A DNA stretch of 64,000 nucleotides from contig NC_087447.1 in the NCBI RefSeq assembly GCF_036321535.1, positions 43,340,001-43,404,000 of the forward strand. Reading direction: 5' to 3'. A program made the position numbers and the translations under genes. Below the pieces are notes generated by a model that was given only the letters and a program-made list of their open reading frames with translations, was not told the DNA's origin and searched no databases. Positions 25,812-40,329 of this stretch are shown piece by piece (the first letter of the stretch is position 1; each line of letters opens with the position of its first letter). The DNA comes from Camelus dromedarius (taxonomy: Eukaryota).

Positions 25812-26016
25812 TCAGCAGTGTGCTGGAGCTGGCCAGTACCAAGAGCCAACTGTTAGTATCTCTTCCCAACGCATGTTCAGAAACGTCACATTGGTAGCTT
25901 TAAATTGGCCCTGGTGGGAACATTTGCCATGGAGTAGTCATGGAAATTATCAAATGCTATAAATCAAGGCTTTCTTCCTAAAGAGCCAGCTGTTAAACAT
26001 TCACCATCATACCACT
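25812..26016. mobile_element. hAT (MER63-like) DNA transposon fragment
   Basis: cagtgtgctggagctggccagtaccaagagccaactgtta...gttaaacattcaccatcataccact. A related copy in the opposite orientation lies at ~49010-49206. Confidence 0.6.
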
Positions 26017-28764
26017 AGGGCGCTTTCTTAATAAATTACTTGTACCTGAGTATTCACTTCAGAGTCTGTTTCTGGGGAACCCAACCTAAGAAAGGAACTA
26101 CACTGCAGTTTATTGAGGGGTCTCAGGGGGGTAGGTAGGTTGGAATGGATTTATTATATGAGACAAGAGAAACCGCTGTCTATTTCAGTTCTAAATGTGG
26201 ACTAAAGCAAGAAAGGCATCTTCAGCAGGTCCCAGTGGCCCTGACTCTTGGGTTCTATAGCCTGAAAGTCTGCCAGAGGCCTCTCTGTTAGATGAGAACA
26301 CTCTGTGGAGTCCGTGGAAAGCTCCAATAGGAGATCTTTTAGGTCTGAGAGCTAAGCCATGCCTTCTGCATCACAGAACTACTCATATTCGAAAATATGA
26401 AAAAGCAGCTCATGGTGCGCTACGGGGTCCAAGCGCAGCCTGTGAAGAGCTGAAAGTGCGGCATGGAGACACTGTGTGACTAGAAGTGCCCATTGTAATC
26501 TGGGCACCAGTTATAAACTGGGTGATTATGTTCACCAGGTCAGCTGTCTGAAATAGGCGATTTGTTGTACGATGACAATGGTACACTGGGGACAGGTTCA
26601 GAGGGCAAAAGTAACCTGCAAGGAAAGGTGGTTCAGACTCCAAGTCATACACTGCCGTTGCACCAACCTGCTCCCTCAGCTCACACTCACACACGTAGGG
26701 GTTCCTGAGCACCACGGCTGTAGGAAGAAAACATTTGGAACCTGGTGTATGGATGGGTAGGCTTGATACGATGGTACAAAACCCAAAATGAACTTCAGCC
26801 ATAGCACACACCCTCTTGGGACAAGTCCTAAAAGGTGAGTGGCGACAGACGTCCTCCTAGAGGGCAGTACACTTGGCCATCAGCTTTGCATGCAGGGAGG
26901 CATGGCCTGAGGTGAGAATAGACATGGACTTCTGGGCAGCAGAGAGTAACTCAACTGGTTGGTCAGAGGCCTGGATAAAGCCTGATTAGAATATTGGAGA
27001 AGGAAGTTTGGGGAAAAGGCGTGTGGATGGACTAACAGGAGAGGCGTCAGATTGTGCAGACCTTTGAGGCTCAGGTCAATGCTCATCAGAAAACCTCAGC
27101 TGCAGCGGAGGCGGCACACAACACCCAGGCACACGGAATGACTTCTCTGTGGAAATTCATCAGTTTCTATCCTCAACCAACTAAATGCTTGGGCCCACGA
27201 TCAGAGTGGGAGCACGGCAGTGATGGAAGCTTTGCGTGGATCCAGTGACAGGGTCATGAAGGCTGTTTTACCTACTGCTGCTGCTGAATGCTCGTCACAG
27301 AGGCTGGATCCTTATCCTGACCTCAGTCCTTGAGAGGACTGCCCAACATGGTCGACTAATTGCATCAGACTCCTCCCGCCCTGGAGAGGGTGGCAGTGTG
27401 TCCTTACTGGAACTGAAAACTTTTCTGAGTATGGATTTATCTTCCATGCTTGTAGTGCTTCTCCGATGACTTATGGAATATCTAATTATCAATCTGGGGT
27501 CTTGTAGAGTGAAATCTCAGCTGAAGGGTGTATTTTATGGTAAAGGATGTATGACAATGATTTTATTAAACAAGTGGTCTTACCATACACTTCCTTACTT
27601 GGAAACAAAGAATAGAAAGTAGGAAAGAGAACGTCCTTCTAAAAGCTCAGCTAAGGAGTTGGCTTTGGGATGACACCCTGTGGATTAGGTCACTGTCCTC
27701 CAGGATGTAGTATATGCCTTTAACTATCAGCCCGAGTATAGTGCTGTAATCCAGTAGTTAGAATACACAGGCCAAGAAGCCAAGGGGTGAAAGTAGGATG
27801 GACTCCTTTCCTCGTTACCTTGGCGACCTCCTTGCAGAAACTGTTTCCCATTTGTGACTGGCTCTGCTGGATTAGAGGTTCTGATTCTCTGGGGGACATG
27901 TTCCACTGGTTAACACAGGAAGCTTTCCACTTGGGGCTCCTCGTGTTGATGGACTATCAGGTACAGAGAGTTACCGTACTGGATGGAGCAATCACCCCGA
28001 GTGTCCACAGGAGGCAAAGGCTGTTGCTGCTTGATGGCATTCACAGAATGCTGGAGTGTCTCTTGGTGCTTTCAGGCCTGGTGATGGCAGTGACCAGGCA
28101 ATCACGGCCAACAGAGCCTGATAAGGCCCCAGACTCTCAGGAAGAGCAATTCAGACCAGCTTCGGTGGCTGGGTTGTGGGGAAAGGAGAGGATAAATATT
28201 AATTGTGTCTTAGGAGCAACCATAGCAGGGGAACTATTATCCGCTGTTGAAAGTTTTTTTTTTTTTTATAAAAACAAAGAGCTTGCAGCTGACCACTGCC
28301 TTAAAGACTGCGCGGCAGAGTAGACTTGTCGCAGGGTATGAGCAGAGCTGAGCAATGTAAGGGGTGTACCTTCTCAGACACCTTTGCTGCCCTGGGCCAC
28401 AGCCTATGGCCACCCTGACTTCAGCACAGCTGTGGTGGACGGCTCCACACACAGTGCTAACATCCCACATCCCACTTCAAGCTCTCCTAATTAGCTGGGG
28501 AAAGATGTTCAGCCCAGCCACAGATGCAGCCTATCAGTATAAGGAAGTTAACTTCCTAAGAAATTCTTCAACCAATGGGAGAACTGGTTAAATGTTCCAG
28601 CCTTCAAGTCATTCAGTTGGGGAATTGTTTGTTTGTTTGTTTTCTTCAATAGTTCCTTAAAGAGTTCTCAGTGGAATGGAAATGACAGCTTAATACCTTA
28701 CTTAGATTGTATTGGTTTCCCTCCATTCCTTGTCTTCATCCACTTCTGCTGCTTCGGAGCATAC

Positions 28765-29135
28765 TATGGGTTCCCTGGTACCTGGGAACGTGACCTTATT
28801 TGGTGAAATATGGTCTTTGCATACGTAATTCAGTCAAGATGAAAAAGACTGGTGTTCTTACAAGAAGAGGGAGAGGTGGACACAGACACACAGGAGGATG
28901 CCATCTGACGGGGGCACAGTGAAGCACTGGAGCTGCAAACCAAGAACACCTGGGCTACTAGAAGCTGGAAAAGGGAAGGAAGGAGCCTCCGCTAGAGGCT
29001 TCAGATGGAGCCTGACCCTACGAACTCCTTGATGTCAGACTTCCAGCCTCCACAACTGTGAGAATAAATTTCTGTTGCCATAAGACACTAAGTTTGTGGT
29101 ACTTTTTTTTGACAACTATGGGAATCTCATACAGA
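28765..29135. mobile_element. MaLR (MLT1-type) LTR
   Basis: gtgaccttatttgg...ggtctttgca...cagacttccagcctccacaactgtgagaataaatttctgttg...aagtttgtggtact. Confidence 0.8.
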
Positions 29136-29835
29136 TCACCTTCCACATAAACCTCCTTCCCCCCAAATCCCTGTCACATGTTCTGAGTATGTCCCCCTCC
29201 AGCTGAATTTTAGGTCTAAATATGGGGTTTCCATCCTCAGCTAACCCTTACCTCACCTGTCTCTTGTACCTTGCAGTCAGCTGAGCACTGTTCAGATGTG
29301 ATTTTCTGTTAACCTCCAGAGTTTGGTGAGGGCCCCTCATTTGCCTTCCCCAAATTCTAGTAACACTGAAGAGGCCAGGCTATTTCACAGGGGTCCTAGG
29401 ACTAAGTCTGACCTTCTGCACCACTCCTTCCTTGGGCAGACAGCCCCAGAAACCTCAGTCTGGTAGTCAAGGTCTGGGCCAGGGTTTCTCCTGGTAAGTG
29501 GATGCTCCAGGATTTCTGTATAGAGGGGCCTGTACATTAAAATCTGATTGGAAGGAGAGTCGGCCCTAGGAAATTTACTGAAAACTTTTCAAACCATGTT
29601 TTCAAAATGAGTGTTTATTTGGAATGATTTTGGAGTGGGGAATGGAGTAAGATACTTGGGTGTCATCACTCTGTGGCTCAAAAGTGACCAAGAAGCATCT
29701 CAAGAAGCTCTGGTCTCCTATTTCGCACCAATCTAGCCTCTCCAAAGCAGGAGGTGCTTTTTCTTTACCAGGCCCTTGTAAAACTACTCCGGAAAAGGAA
29801 CGTGAATTGGCAACCAAGACTTTAAGTTGTGCATG

Positions 29836-29860
29836 GACGCCCTCTGGTGGCCATGACTCA
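29836..29860 (-). promoter_or_regulatory. CTCF-like motif with an adjacent AP-1 site
   Basis: Minus strand TGGCCACCAGAGGGCGTC is close to the CTCF core consensus. TGACTCA at 29854-29860. Confidence 0.65.
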
Positions 29861-32399
29861 GAAAGCCGCAGGCGTAGAGCTGTCCATTACCACGGACGGA
29901 AGGACCAACATTGCCGGACAGAGACCATTATAAAACTGATGACCATCATCATGAGATAGAAACACGAGCACAGGGTTGACAACCCTATGAAGCAGAAGAT
30001 AGACCAGGATGGATCATACAGACCATCATGGAACAAACAAACCTAATCACAGCCTAGATCATCACCAAATGCAACTGTTTTTACCCTTCTGGAAGAAAAC
30101 ACTGGAGAAAGGGGGGCACAACCGGAATTTTGTTAGCCCTGTGGGAGCTTACATTACTGAGCGTGTGGATTCCTAGATGTTACAGCGAGAAGCAACTCAG
30201 TTCTGGCAGGGCCCTGTTGAACATTCCTAGAAATGCTGACCATGGCTAGCATGTGGGAGAACTGCTAATTTCCTCAACAGATTTGCTCAGAATCTGATGT
30301 CACAGTCATAGGCTGTGCCAAATAAACCTGAAGTAAGAACGGATTCCCTGACTCCTCAAGGAGGCTTGAGCAAGGCTGGCTTTAATAGAGCCTGGCTGTT
30401 GTTGGAAGTTCCGTGGGTGTCAGAAGGTGAAATGGTCTCACCACCTGGGGTGGTCCAGGCAGAGCCAAGCAAGATGCCAATCCCCTGCTGAAGCCCTGTC
30501 TCAGAGGGTGGGATGACTCAGTTTACCTGTTCGATCCTTCTTGGCCAGAGCAAGAATCCAGGAAGACCCCACACTTGATTCCCTCAAGGGTCCACACGTG
30601 GCTGTGGGCCACATTCTCCACAGGATCCAGAACTCTCTGGTCGTTGCCAGAGACCCCTCTGTCCCAGCCTCCCAGCACTCCCCCGGCCCACCAGGGACAA
30701 AGTTTTAAGTAATTCTCTCTCTGGGGGCTCCAGCAGAGCCCAGGACCTCTCCTGCACCCAAGCAGCCCGCAGGCTTGAGAGCACAGATAGGCTGGAGTTA
30801 GGAACACGACTGTGTTCAGATTTCCACATACCTAGAACCTCCCTGGCTCTCCAAAGAGACTCTGATTGAGCTCATTTTCACAGTGCCTCTGGTTCTGGCT
30901 AATGGAGAGGTGTATGGCACTTACCCAGAGGGCAGAGGTGGGATTATGTTGTCTCAGCTTCCTATTCCCTCCATCCGCAGTGGTGAGAGGGCAAACAGAC
31001 ACCGTGATGCAGTCTCCTTCACATGCAGAGGCTGTGCTTCCCAGGCGACATGTGACACAGATCATCCCAAAGAAACGGAAAGCCTGACATGCATGTCTGC
31101 ACTGTTGTTCACCATGGAATATTGGAAATGACCCATATGTCCAGCACTCAAAAATTCTTTGAGTTTGTCCACATCCTAGAAACTTAGGAAATTATTCAAA
31201 ATAAGGTTTTTGAAGACATAATGGCATGGATAAGTATTATTTTATGATGTTTAGTTAAAAAATGTTTTTAGTTGAAATTTCAAAATACTCAATCGACTCC
31301 AGGTTCAGAGGACCAGTGAGACACCTGACAACTTCTGGGAGGAGCTGAGGAGGCAGGTGTCCCCACAGAGAAGGTAGGGCACACAACAGAAGTACTGTCC
31401 TGGCTGTTACTGCAACCCTATTTTTACTTCTGGGCTGCTGTGTCCTTGGAAACACAACTCCCTATACACAGGCCCCTGTAAAACTGAGTAGTATTTTGAT
31501 CTTCATCCCCTTCTTCAAAGCTCTTCTTTGTGCTCCGTCAATTCCCAGTGTCTTTCAAGACTGAATTCTCTTTCTAGCTCTCAGGCAGATTTCAGCATGC
31601 CCTCTGCTGTCTTCCCAATACTTGTTCCTATCTCTTTTATAGCAGGTATTCCATTTTGTCATAATTTCCTATTTTTGTGTCTCCACTGTAAGGTTGAAAC
31701 CCAGAGGGCAGAGGGCACAGTCTATCTATTTCTGAACCCCTAGCATCTTACACTAGATTTGGCACTTATCAAGCATCACTAGACATTTGTAGAATGAGTT
31801 AAATAACCTGTCTGGTGTGCTCCCTCCCTCCAGCCCCTCTCCAAAGGACCCCAGTGACCCCTGAGGAACTCATGATGTCCAGTGTCTTGTGGTAGTTGTC
31901 CTACAAGCCTCCATGCATTTACTCCTGCCACATACATTTAGTGAGGACCTGCTCTGTTTGTCTCACTCTGGGATCTAGGAATGTGACAGCCAGCAGAACA
32001 GACACAGAGCTTGTGTTCTAACAGAGGGTAAACAAAGTCCAAAATGGTGAGACACGCTTAGTAGGAGAAAGTTGTGGGATTGTGGTAGAGGAGTACCTTT
32101 CAAGAGGCAGCATGCAGACTACATCTAGAGGAGTGGTACTAAGTCAGCTAAAGGGGCTGTGCTCCAGGCAGGGGGCAAAGCAAGCACAAAGGGAGCCCAG
32201 GTGGGGCCGGGGTGGAGCTGGAGAGTCAGGCAAGGTCATGATGAGACTACAAGGTTGTGGTGGAAGAGTGGACTTCATCCTGGGGAATTAGACACCTCTG
32301 AACTTCACCTGAGGTCTGTCCCAGCCACATTTACAAGAGCAGTGTGGCTGCTGTGAAGAGAATGGATGGAAGAGGGGGAACAGGGCAGCTCTTTTCCTC

Positions 32400-33228
32400 T
32401 ACTCCACACTGACTACTCACGTCAAACACTCCTGTGACCAGATGTGCAGCTGATTTCCCCACACCAAGCAATTCCAGACACCAACTGAGTCTCCTACCAT
32501 CTAACTCAATTCTGACATCGACCTGGAGATGGCACCAGATCTGAATGATAAGGACTCGGTCCCGTAAGACTGCCTCCCCTCCACCCCCACCCCCACTTCA
32601 GATGCCAGTTACAAGCCCAGGCTGTCACCAGTGCTTCAATTATTGCTAGAGCAGCTCACAGAACTCAGGAAAAGTTTACTTATCGTTACTGATTTGTCAC
32701 AAAGGATATGAACCAACAGTAAATGAAGAGGTACCCAGGGTGAGGTCTGGAAGGGTCCTGAGCACAGAAGCGCCTGTCCTGTGGAGTCTGAGGTGTACCA
32801 TCTTCCTGGCATGTACTTTGTTCCTGGACACGTTTTTGTTCACCAACCCAGAAACTCTCCAAACTATGCTTTTGGGTTATTAATGGAGGTCCCATCACAT
32901 AGGCTTGATTAAATCAGTGGCCATTGACTGGCTCGACCTTCAGCTCCTCTCCCCTCCCTGAGCTGAAAAGTTCAAACCTCTGATCACAAGGTCGGTTCAT
33001 GTGGCATCCAGCCCCCATCCTGTGGTTATCTGGGTGCTTTCCAAAAATCACTTTATTACCATAAACTCAGGTGCTGTTGAAATGGGCTGGTTAGGAACAA
33101 CAAAACTCTCTACATCTTTATAGGTCTCAGCATTTAGGAAACTCTAAAGGGTTTAAGAGCTGCATGCCAGGAACCCAGAACATGGCTGAAAAGCAACATA
33201 TATATTTCTTTTTATATCGCAATATCAC
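32400..33228. mobile_element. MER21-like ERV LTR
   Basis: ccccacaccaagcaattc...actcaattctgac...gagcagctcacagaactcagg...atatcgcaatatcaca. Confidence 0.6.
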
Positions 33229-33420
33229 AGAGGGCAAGACTGATGGCAGAGCTGTGATAAACTGGTGGAAAGGGGTGGGGAGCAGGACAATCAAGGATTT
33301 GGCCAAGGTTTCTGGCTTTGACAACTGGGTGCATGGTTGTGTCATCACCCGAGGAAGGGAATTAGGAAGATGAGACAATCAGTTCAATATGAAACATGTT
33401 GAATTTAAGATGCTTTTGAG

Positions 33421-33560
33421 GGGGGAGGGTATACCTCAGGCGGTGGAGTGCGTGCTTCGCGAGCATGAGGTCCTGGGTTCAATCCCTAGTACTCCCTCTA
33501 AGAGTAAGTAAGTAAACCTAATTACCTCCCACCACCACCACCAAAAAAAAAAAAAAAAAG
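33421..33560 (+). mobile_element. tRNA-derived camelid SINE (Vic-1-like)
   Basis: ggggagggtatacctcag...gaggtcctgggttcaatccc (A/B boxes), aaacctaattacctccc tail, polyA. 12-bp TSD gatgcttttgag at 33409-33420 and 33561-33572. Confidence 0.9.
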
Positions 33561-34550
33561 GATGCTTTTGAGACATCCAGGTGAGTTACCTAGTGTCCAT
33601 TTAACTAGTCTGGAATCAGGAAACCAGTTCTGAACTTGGGCCAGAGCTGGAGCCTGGGCACAGAGGCAGTCATCACCCCAGGCTTCCACGAGGTCTTCCA
33701 GGCAGAGGACCCAGGATGAAAGCCTGGGGAATGGAAACTTCAGGGGCGTTAGAGGAGGAAGGACCAGTTAAGAGGGTTGGGAGAAAATCAGGGGAGTGTG
33801 TTGTCACAGAACTCAAGCAACACATGATGTCACACCCAGACACACTCTGCAGTGGATTTAGCACAGGCCCAACCACATACAGAGAATGTGTGCACACACA
33901 CTCACAGGAAAAACAAACCTGTACACATATGAGCAAAGGCTGGGGGGAAAAGAAAAACCCAGTCATCCCTTTAGGCACAGAGGAGTGTCCCTGCCTTACA
34001 AACACCTCAGTAGCCAGGAGTGGGCAGCGACGGAGCAACATTGTGACAGCCTTCCTCTGAGCCTTTGCACGTATTGTTTTCTGTGCTTAGAATGCCCTGT
34101 TTTCCTCTCTCCTTTTTCAATCTGTCTCTTTCTCATTCTTCAAGTCCAGCTTGGATTTCATTTCCTAACTGGAGGCCTTCCATGACCCCCAGCACCCTGT
34201 GATTCCCAAGCTGACAATCTCTTTTCTCGTTTGTCCCCCTAGTGGAATCTAGGCAGGCGCCAAGACCTCCTGCTTAGCACGCTGGCTGGCATTTGATAAG
34301 CATCACACAAGCAAACCGCTAACTTGAATTTTTCAGCCTTTCCTCAAAGGATGTGGTGCAACCCCATAGTTTACGAAGTAAGTCACAATTACTTAGTTGC
34401 ATTTAAGACTTCACTGTTTGGTCCCAAACTACCCTTATAACCTTAACTCTGCACACACTTCTCTGCTTCCTCAGCTTCCACCACGCTGGAGTAGTCAGGG
34501 TTTCTATATACCACCATTCCTTCAATCATCTTTATCAGAAACCAGGCAAC

Positions 34551-34739
34551 AGGGAGGGTATACCACAGTGGTAGAATGCATGCTTAGCATGCACAGGGTC
34601 CTGGGTTCAATCCCCAGCACTTCCATTACAAAAAAAAAAATTAGCTTTTTATATGTATGTGTATGTATGACTGAAATTTTATGCTGTACACCAGAAATTA
34701 ACACAACATTGTAAACTGACGATACTTCAATTAAAGAAA
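34551..34739 (+). mobile_element. SINE tRNA head fused to an L1 3' tail within one TSD
   Basis: gggagggtataccacagtggtagaatgcatgcttagcatgcac...ggttcaatcccc, an A-run, then the L1 end tgtacaccagaaattaacacaacattgtaaactgacgatacttcaattaaa. TSD agaa(a/g)ccaggcaac. Confidence 0.8.
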
Positions 34740-36232
34740 AGAAGCCAGGCAACATCCTAGACCCCTCCCCTCTTACCATCCAAGTGTCAACCAGGCTCCA
34801 AGTCCCCCCGAGTCTGTCTTATCCTCTTGAAGCCAACTCTTCATCACCAACCCACTGGCCCTGCCTTAGTCTGGGTTCTCATCATCTCTCAACCATCCCA
34901 GCGGCCCTCTGACTTGTCTCCCTGCCTTCTGGTTCTCTCCCTTTCCCTCCTTCTCTACACTACTACAGGGTGATCTTCCTGAAATTGAAATCTGATTAAA
35001 TCTGCTTAATTATCCAGTGCCTTCCCACAACTTCTACAAACTGAAGGCCCTTATGCTTTGGCTCCTGCATATGCCTTAGATTCTAAACAGGTTGAGCTTT
35101 TTTTTTTTTTTCATGTACTCCTCTGTCCTCATCACCCTTTCCTGATTTCCTGGTTAAAAAACAAAAAGCTCCAATATCATGTCCCAGATAGACTCTGACA
35201 GAGCTGGTCAATCCTTATGATACATTCCTGTTATGTTCTATTTTTGTCTTATTATTTATTTCATGGGGCCACTAAGCTGTGAAGCACAGGGTAGCACACG
35301 AAAACAAATTCAGACCTGGATTCAAATCCTATCTCATCACTTACTGTGTCACCTCAAGTAACAATTCAACTTTTCTGAACCCTAGCTCCTTCTGCAATAT
35401 GAATACAAACCGCTCCGAACACAATAGGAGCTCAAAAAACAACAGATCAGCACTTTGTTTTGTAACTGATTATTTACTTTTCTGTTTTCCCCACAAAAAT
35501 GGAGGGAAACCACCTACAGATCCTACTCCTACCTCCCTAGACCACACGGTGAACCGTGCTATCCTATCACGCAGGTGCTGTAACACATGGAGCTCACCTC
35601 ACCCTTTATTCTTTCGGTTCGGATTAAGTATCCAACTCACTCAATTATTTTCCCTCCGTGGATTCTCATTTTGGTTTCCTGACCCACCAAGAAATGGCCC
35701 AGAATTCTGTCAGTAGACACCTTTCCAGATTGAAAACCCAAAGAAATCTAGCAGCGCACAGTCATCCTCACCACGGAGAAGGCTCTTTCCAGCAGCGCGT
35801 ACTCCTGGGTCTTAGGACTGAGATCTGTACCTACTCCTTCTCTCCCCTCCTCTCCCTCAGCAGCACACGCTCCAGATACTTCAAACTGTGCATAAGGCAA
35901 CTCTTTGGACTGCCATCCATGTAAGACACTATGGAATAAAAGCGATAAAAATCAGTTTTTTTCAGTTTGTTCTGTGTATAGGCAAAAAAGAGTAGGGAGC
36001 AGGTGTCCCTGTACCAGCAGTGCTGAGAAGGCTCTCTGGTCTTGGGTCAGGAGAAGCTAAACTGGCTTGGGCTGTGGGTGCCACTGCTGATGACAGTCAC
36101 GCCACATTCACTGCCAACTTCTACCAGAACACTCACTTCCTGGTTTCTGTGTGAGTCCCAGAACAGTTTCCCTCCTCCCACCCAGCGGTAAACTCACATA
36201 AGATGGCATTCATTTACAAAAGGTAGGCTATG

Positions 36233-36238
36233 TTTATT
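36233..36238 (-). terminator. EIF3F: Polyadenylation signal of EIF3F
   Basis: AATAAA on the minus strand about 130 nt after the stop codon. Confidence 0.8.
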
Positions 36239-36365
36239 TAGAGTCACAAGCAGTTGACTGACTCAGTGTGACTCAAACCACAAAGAAATCATTTCTCCTT
36301 CACTCCATTCTGAGTCGCAGGGTGGGATGGGGCCCAGGCTTGCAGGAGTGCTGCCTGGGGCCCAT

Positions 36366-36500
<135 letters not shown>

Positions 36501-36776
36501 CTAGCCTCTGATGGACCCTGGGTGTGAGGACAGTCCTGGGTAAATGACAGCTAGGAGACGCTGAGCAAGAGTGGAAGGTGGAAGACAGGAGGGAAATGCT
36601 TGAGAACGCTTTCTCATCTCTCCTGATACACCTGAACTGATGGAAACAAGGAAGCAGGAGGGGAATCTCCATGCACATGGACTCCCTTCCTTCCTCCCAG
36701 CCTGGACTGCAGGGGGGCCACGGGCAGAGCCCTGCCTCCTCTGTCCCCGCAAGGCCCCCTCCCCCAAAGCCCCTCA

Positions 36777-36980
<204 letters not shown>

Positions 36981-37076
36981 TTAATTCTCACCCCTGAGAC
37001 TACTGCTCGACCTGTGCCCCCGTCATGATCTCAGGGTGAAGGTCCCTGCATGCTTCCCCCTCCTTCCCCTGCTCAC

Positions 37077-37213
37077 CAGCACGTCCTCCGCATACTGCAG
37101 CACCGTGCTGAGGGCGTCCTGGATGCGGGCCGATGCCCCGCCCACCTGCTGCAAGTCACTGGAGAGGCCGATCACCCGGTTGGGGCTAAAACAGGTCTTC
37201 ATGATCAGGTCAA
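37077..37213 (-). CDS. EIF3F: eIF3 subunit F, exon 6 ([13 protein letters not shown]...AEDVL)
   Basis: 137 nt, cacag acceptor and gtgagc donor. Peptide visible in ORF 37023..37283. Confidence 0.97.
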
Positions 37214-37648
37214 CTGTGGGAGTGGGTTGGGGGAAGAAGAGAGAGATTTCAGTCATCCTATCAGGAAGGAGATCTCTAACCACCTCTCTTTGGATGCAGT
37301 CAACTTCCCAAAACTCCCCTGCTCTGCCCTTATTAGCTTTTCTTCCACCTGAGAGGGCTCAACTCCTGCACTCAGCACGGTAACCATCAGTCTTGGCCTC
37401 ATATGAATGGCCACGTAGCCTCTGGTGCTGCTAATTTCCCACCTCTAACAACTTCTCAAATAATTCCTTGAGTCCCACTTATATAGGAGAATGACTTACT
37501 TCTAGTAACAGTCCGTAGATCACACTGATCACAAATCTTAGATCAACAGTTCCTCTTAACCCACCCAAAGCCCCCCATCCTTGTTACAGGACAGAACCCC
37601 CCTTCCCTGAAAAATGCCAAAGACTAAAAAGAGGGTATGGGAAGGTCA

Positions 37649-37879
<231 letters not shown>

Positions 37880-39017
37880 TCAGAGATAATGGGGAAAAGT
37901 CACTTCCTCCCCTTAGCTCATTCCACACACCAAACCCTCGGCCTGAGAGAGGGGACTCAGCTTCTGGGCTGGGCCTGGACCCATCAGAGGATGACTTCAC
38001 ACACTGCGCAGTCTCAGTGGTGAGGACAGGACACTGCATTTCCTTGTGGGACTGGCTGCCTAGACATCCTCCCCCACGGAGAGAAGTGACAGGACACGTC
38101 TTTTCTGGGACTGAGCCCCTCATCAGCACTGAAAAAAGAAAATCGACACTGGCCCACCAAGGTAAGACTGGGTGCTACAAATAATCTGACTAAAGGTGAT
38201 CGCCTTTACTATGTCAACTATACACTTTTATTGGATCTTAAAGAGCCAGAAATACCTGGAAAGGCTAAGAAATCAAGCAGTGGCTAGAACTTAGTGGTAC
38301 TCCAACTGGCCCATAAGGACTTGACACCCACCACCTTTGTCTTACCCGATAATGGTTAACTGGTCACGTCCGTGTCAGACACAGAAACAGCACAGAGCTA
38401 AACAGAGTAAGAGACACGCTAACAAAGGGTTTCATTCTAACCGGAAAACAGAATTGTTCCAATTCCCGCAGCTGCCCCTCTGGCACCCCACCAGAGCCTT
38501 TCCCAACACCCCCATCAAGCAGCTCTCCACTGACTGCGAGCTCAACGTGCCAACAGTGTAACGTTACTGGCGTCCAAGCTGTGCTCTATCCCGGGTTAAC
38601 AGACGTGTTCAAAATAAGGACAGTCATCCTTTAAACTGCATGGCCCTGCGTCCTGTGCGCAGTTCTAGGGATGACGACAAACTGAAGGGCAACTCAGAAA
38701 AGCAGTGAACGTGGAGAAGAACCACGGCCAGAGCACCACGAGGGGATCAACTGCAGGACTATGGAAGAGTTAGCTTCCAGAAAAGACGACGTGAAAAACA
38801 AGCTTGTCCAAATACCTAAAGGGCTGCCATTTGAAACTGGTTATGAGCGACGAGCAGAAATCTGGGCTAGCCTCGGCTCAGTGAGTGGAAACGTCAGGGA
38901 TAGGTTTTGTTTTAGAGTAAAACCTCTCCAGTGAGAACTGAGTGAGGAAGGGCAGCGAGTCACACACTGAAGGACGCCGCCTGCGTAGGGTGGAGGTGGG
39001 GCTGGAGTCCCCGGTCA

Positions 39018-39389
<372 letters not shown>

Positions 39390-39759
39390 CTAGGTACCTG
39401 ACGCCCTTACAGTAGTGATACCCTCTAGGGCAACACATGCCAAAAAATTAAGCACACTGAAAATTGTATCAAGTCAAATACAGGCTGACCTAGAGCTCCT
39501 GAAAAATTCTAAGTCACCAGGAAGGCATAAAAAGACCTGCTCAGTAAAAGCTGCAGTTCAGAGTAAGTAGTATTCTGGGCCTCACAGGATCAGAACCACC
39601 AGCAAAACACACTGAGTTCACAGCTCCTTGAGGTGACAGACTTCAATACTCTGTCTCCAAAAGAGGGAGTATGACACCTAGTCTGGTGGCAGAAGACGCT
39701 GGCAAACACTGGGACCTTCCATCCTCCCCCACCCTCAACCCGCTCCCCCCGAAACTTAC

Positions 39760-39839
39760 CAGCCCAGGATGAGCTCATTTGGAGAGACTTTCTTGTGCAG
39801 TTCATACATGTTCTTAGCAAATTCCATGTCAACAGCCAC
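39760..39839 (-). CDS. EIF3F: eIF3 subunit F, exon 3 (VAVDMEFAKNMYELHKKVSPNELILGW)
   Basis: 80 nt, cttag acceptor and gtaagt donor. Confidence 0.97.
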
Positions 39840-39999
39840 CTAAGGAGGCAGGCAAGAGAGGACGCTAAGAAGACAGAAGTCCATAGCAAAATCGGTAAAA
39901 AGGCCAGGAGGCCGCCCCCAGCAGACAGAAGAGGCCCGGGAACTATGCACAAATGGGCGAAGCTCTCTGAACCGGAGGAGCTCTAGGATGAGCAGGTCA

Positions 40000-40329
<330 letters not shown>

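Larger units (their letters stand above)
23050..28760. mobile_element. Highly decayed ERVL/MaLR-type LTR and internal sequence, interrupted by younger insertions
   Basis: LTR16/MLT2-like pieces at ~23.1-23.9 kb and ~28.3-28.75 kb. ERVL-internal-like text (ccaggatgtagtatatgcctttaa, tgttgatggactatcagg). No intact gag/pol ORF. Confidence 0.55.

Noticed and set aside
27787..28323. 178-aa ORF as a possible domesticated retroviral gene
   Set aside because: GTG start, lies in decayed ERVL-like sequence, no recognisable gag/pol/env motif.
29972..29986. Perfect inverted repeat agggttg-a-caaccct near the CTCF-like site
   Set aside because: A 7-bp arm palindrome is expected by chance in 64 kb, and there is no other support.
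14500..36000. Ortholog of a human lncRNA between EIF3F and TUB
   Set aside because: Cannot be supported from sequence alone; no exon structure identifiable.
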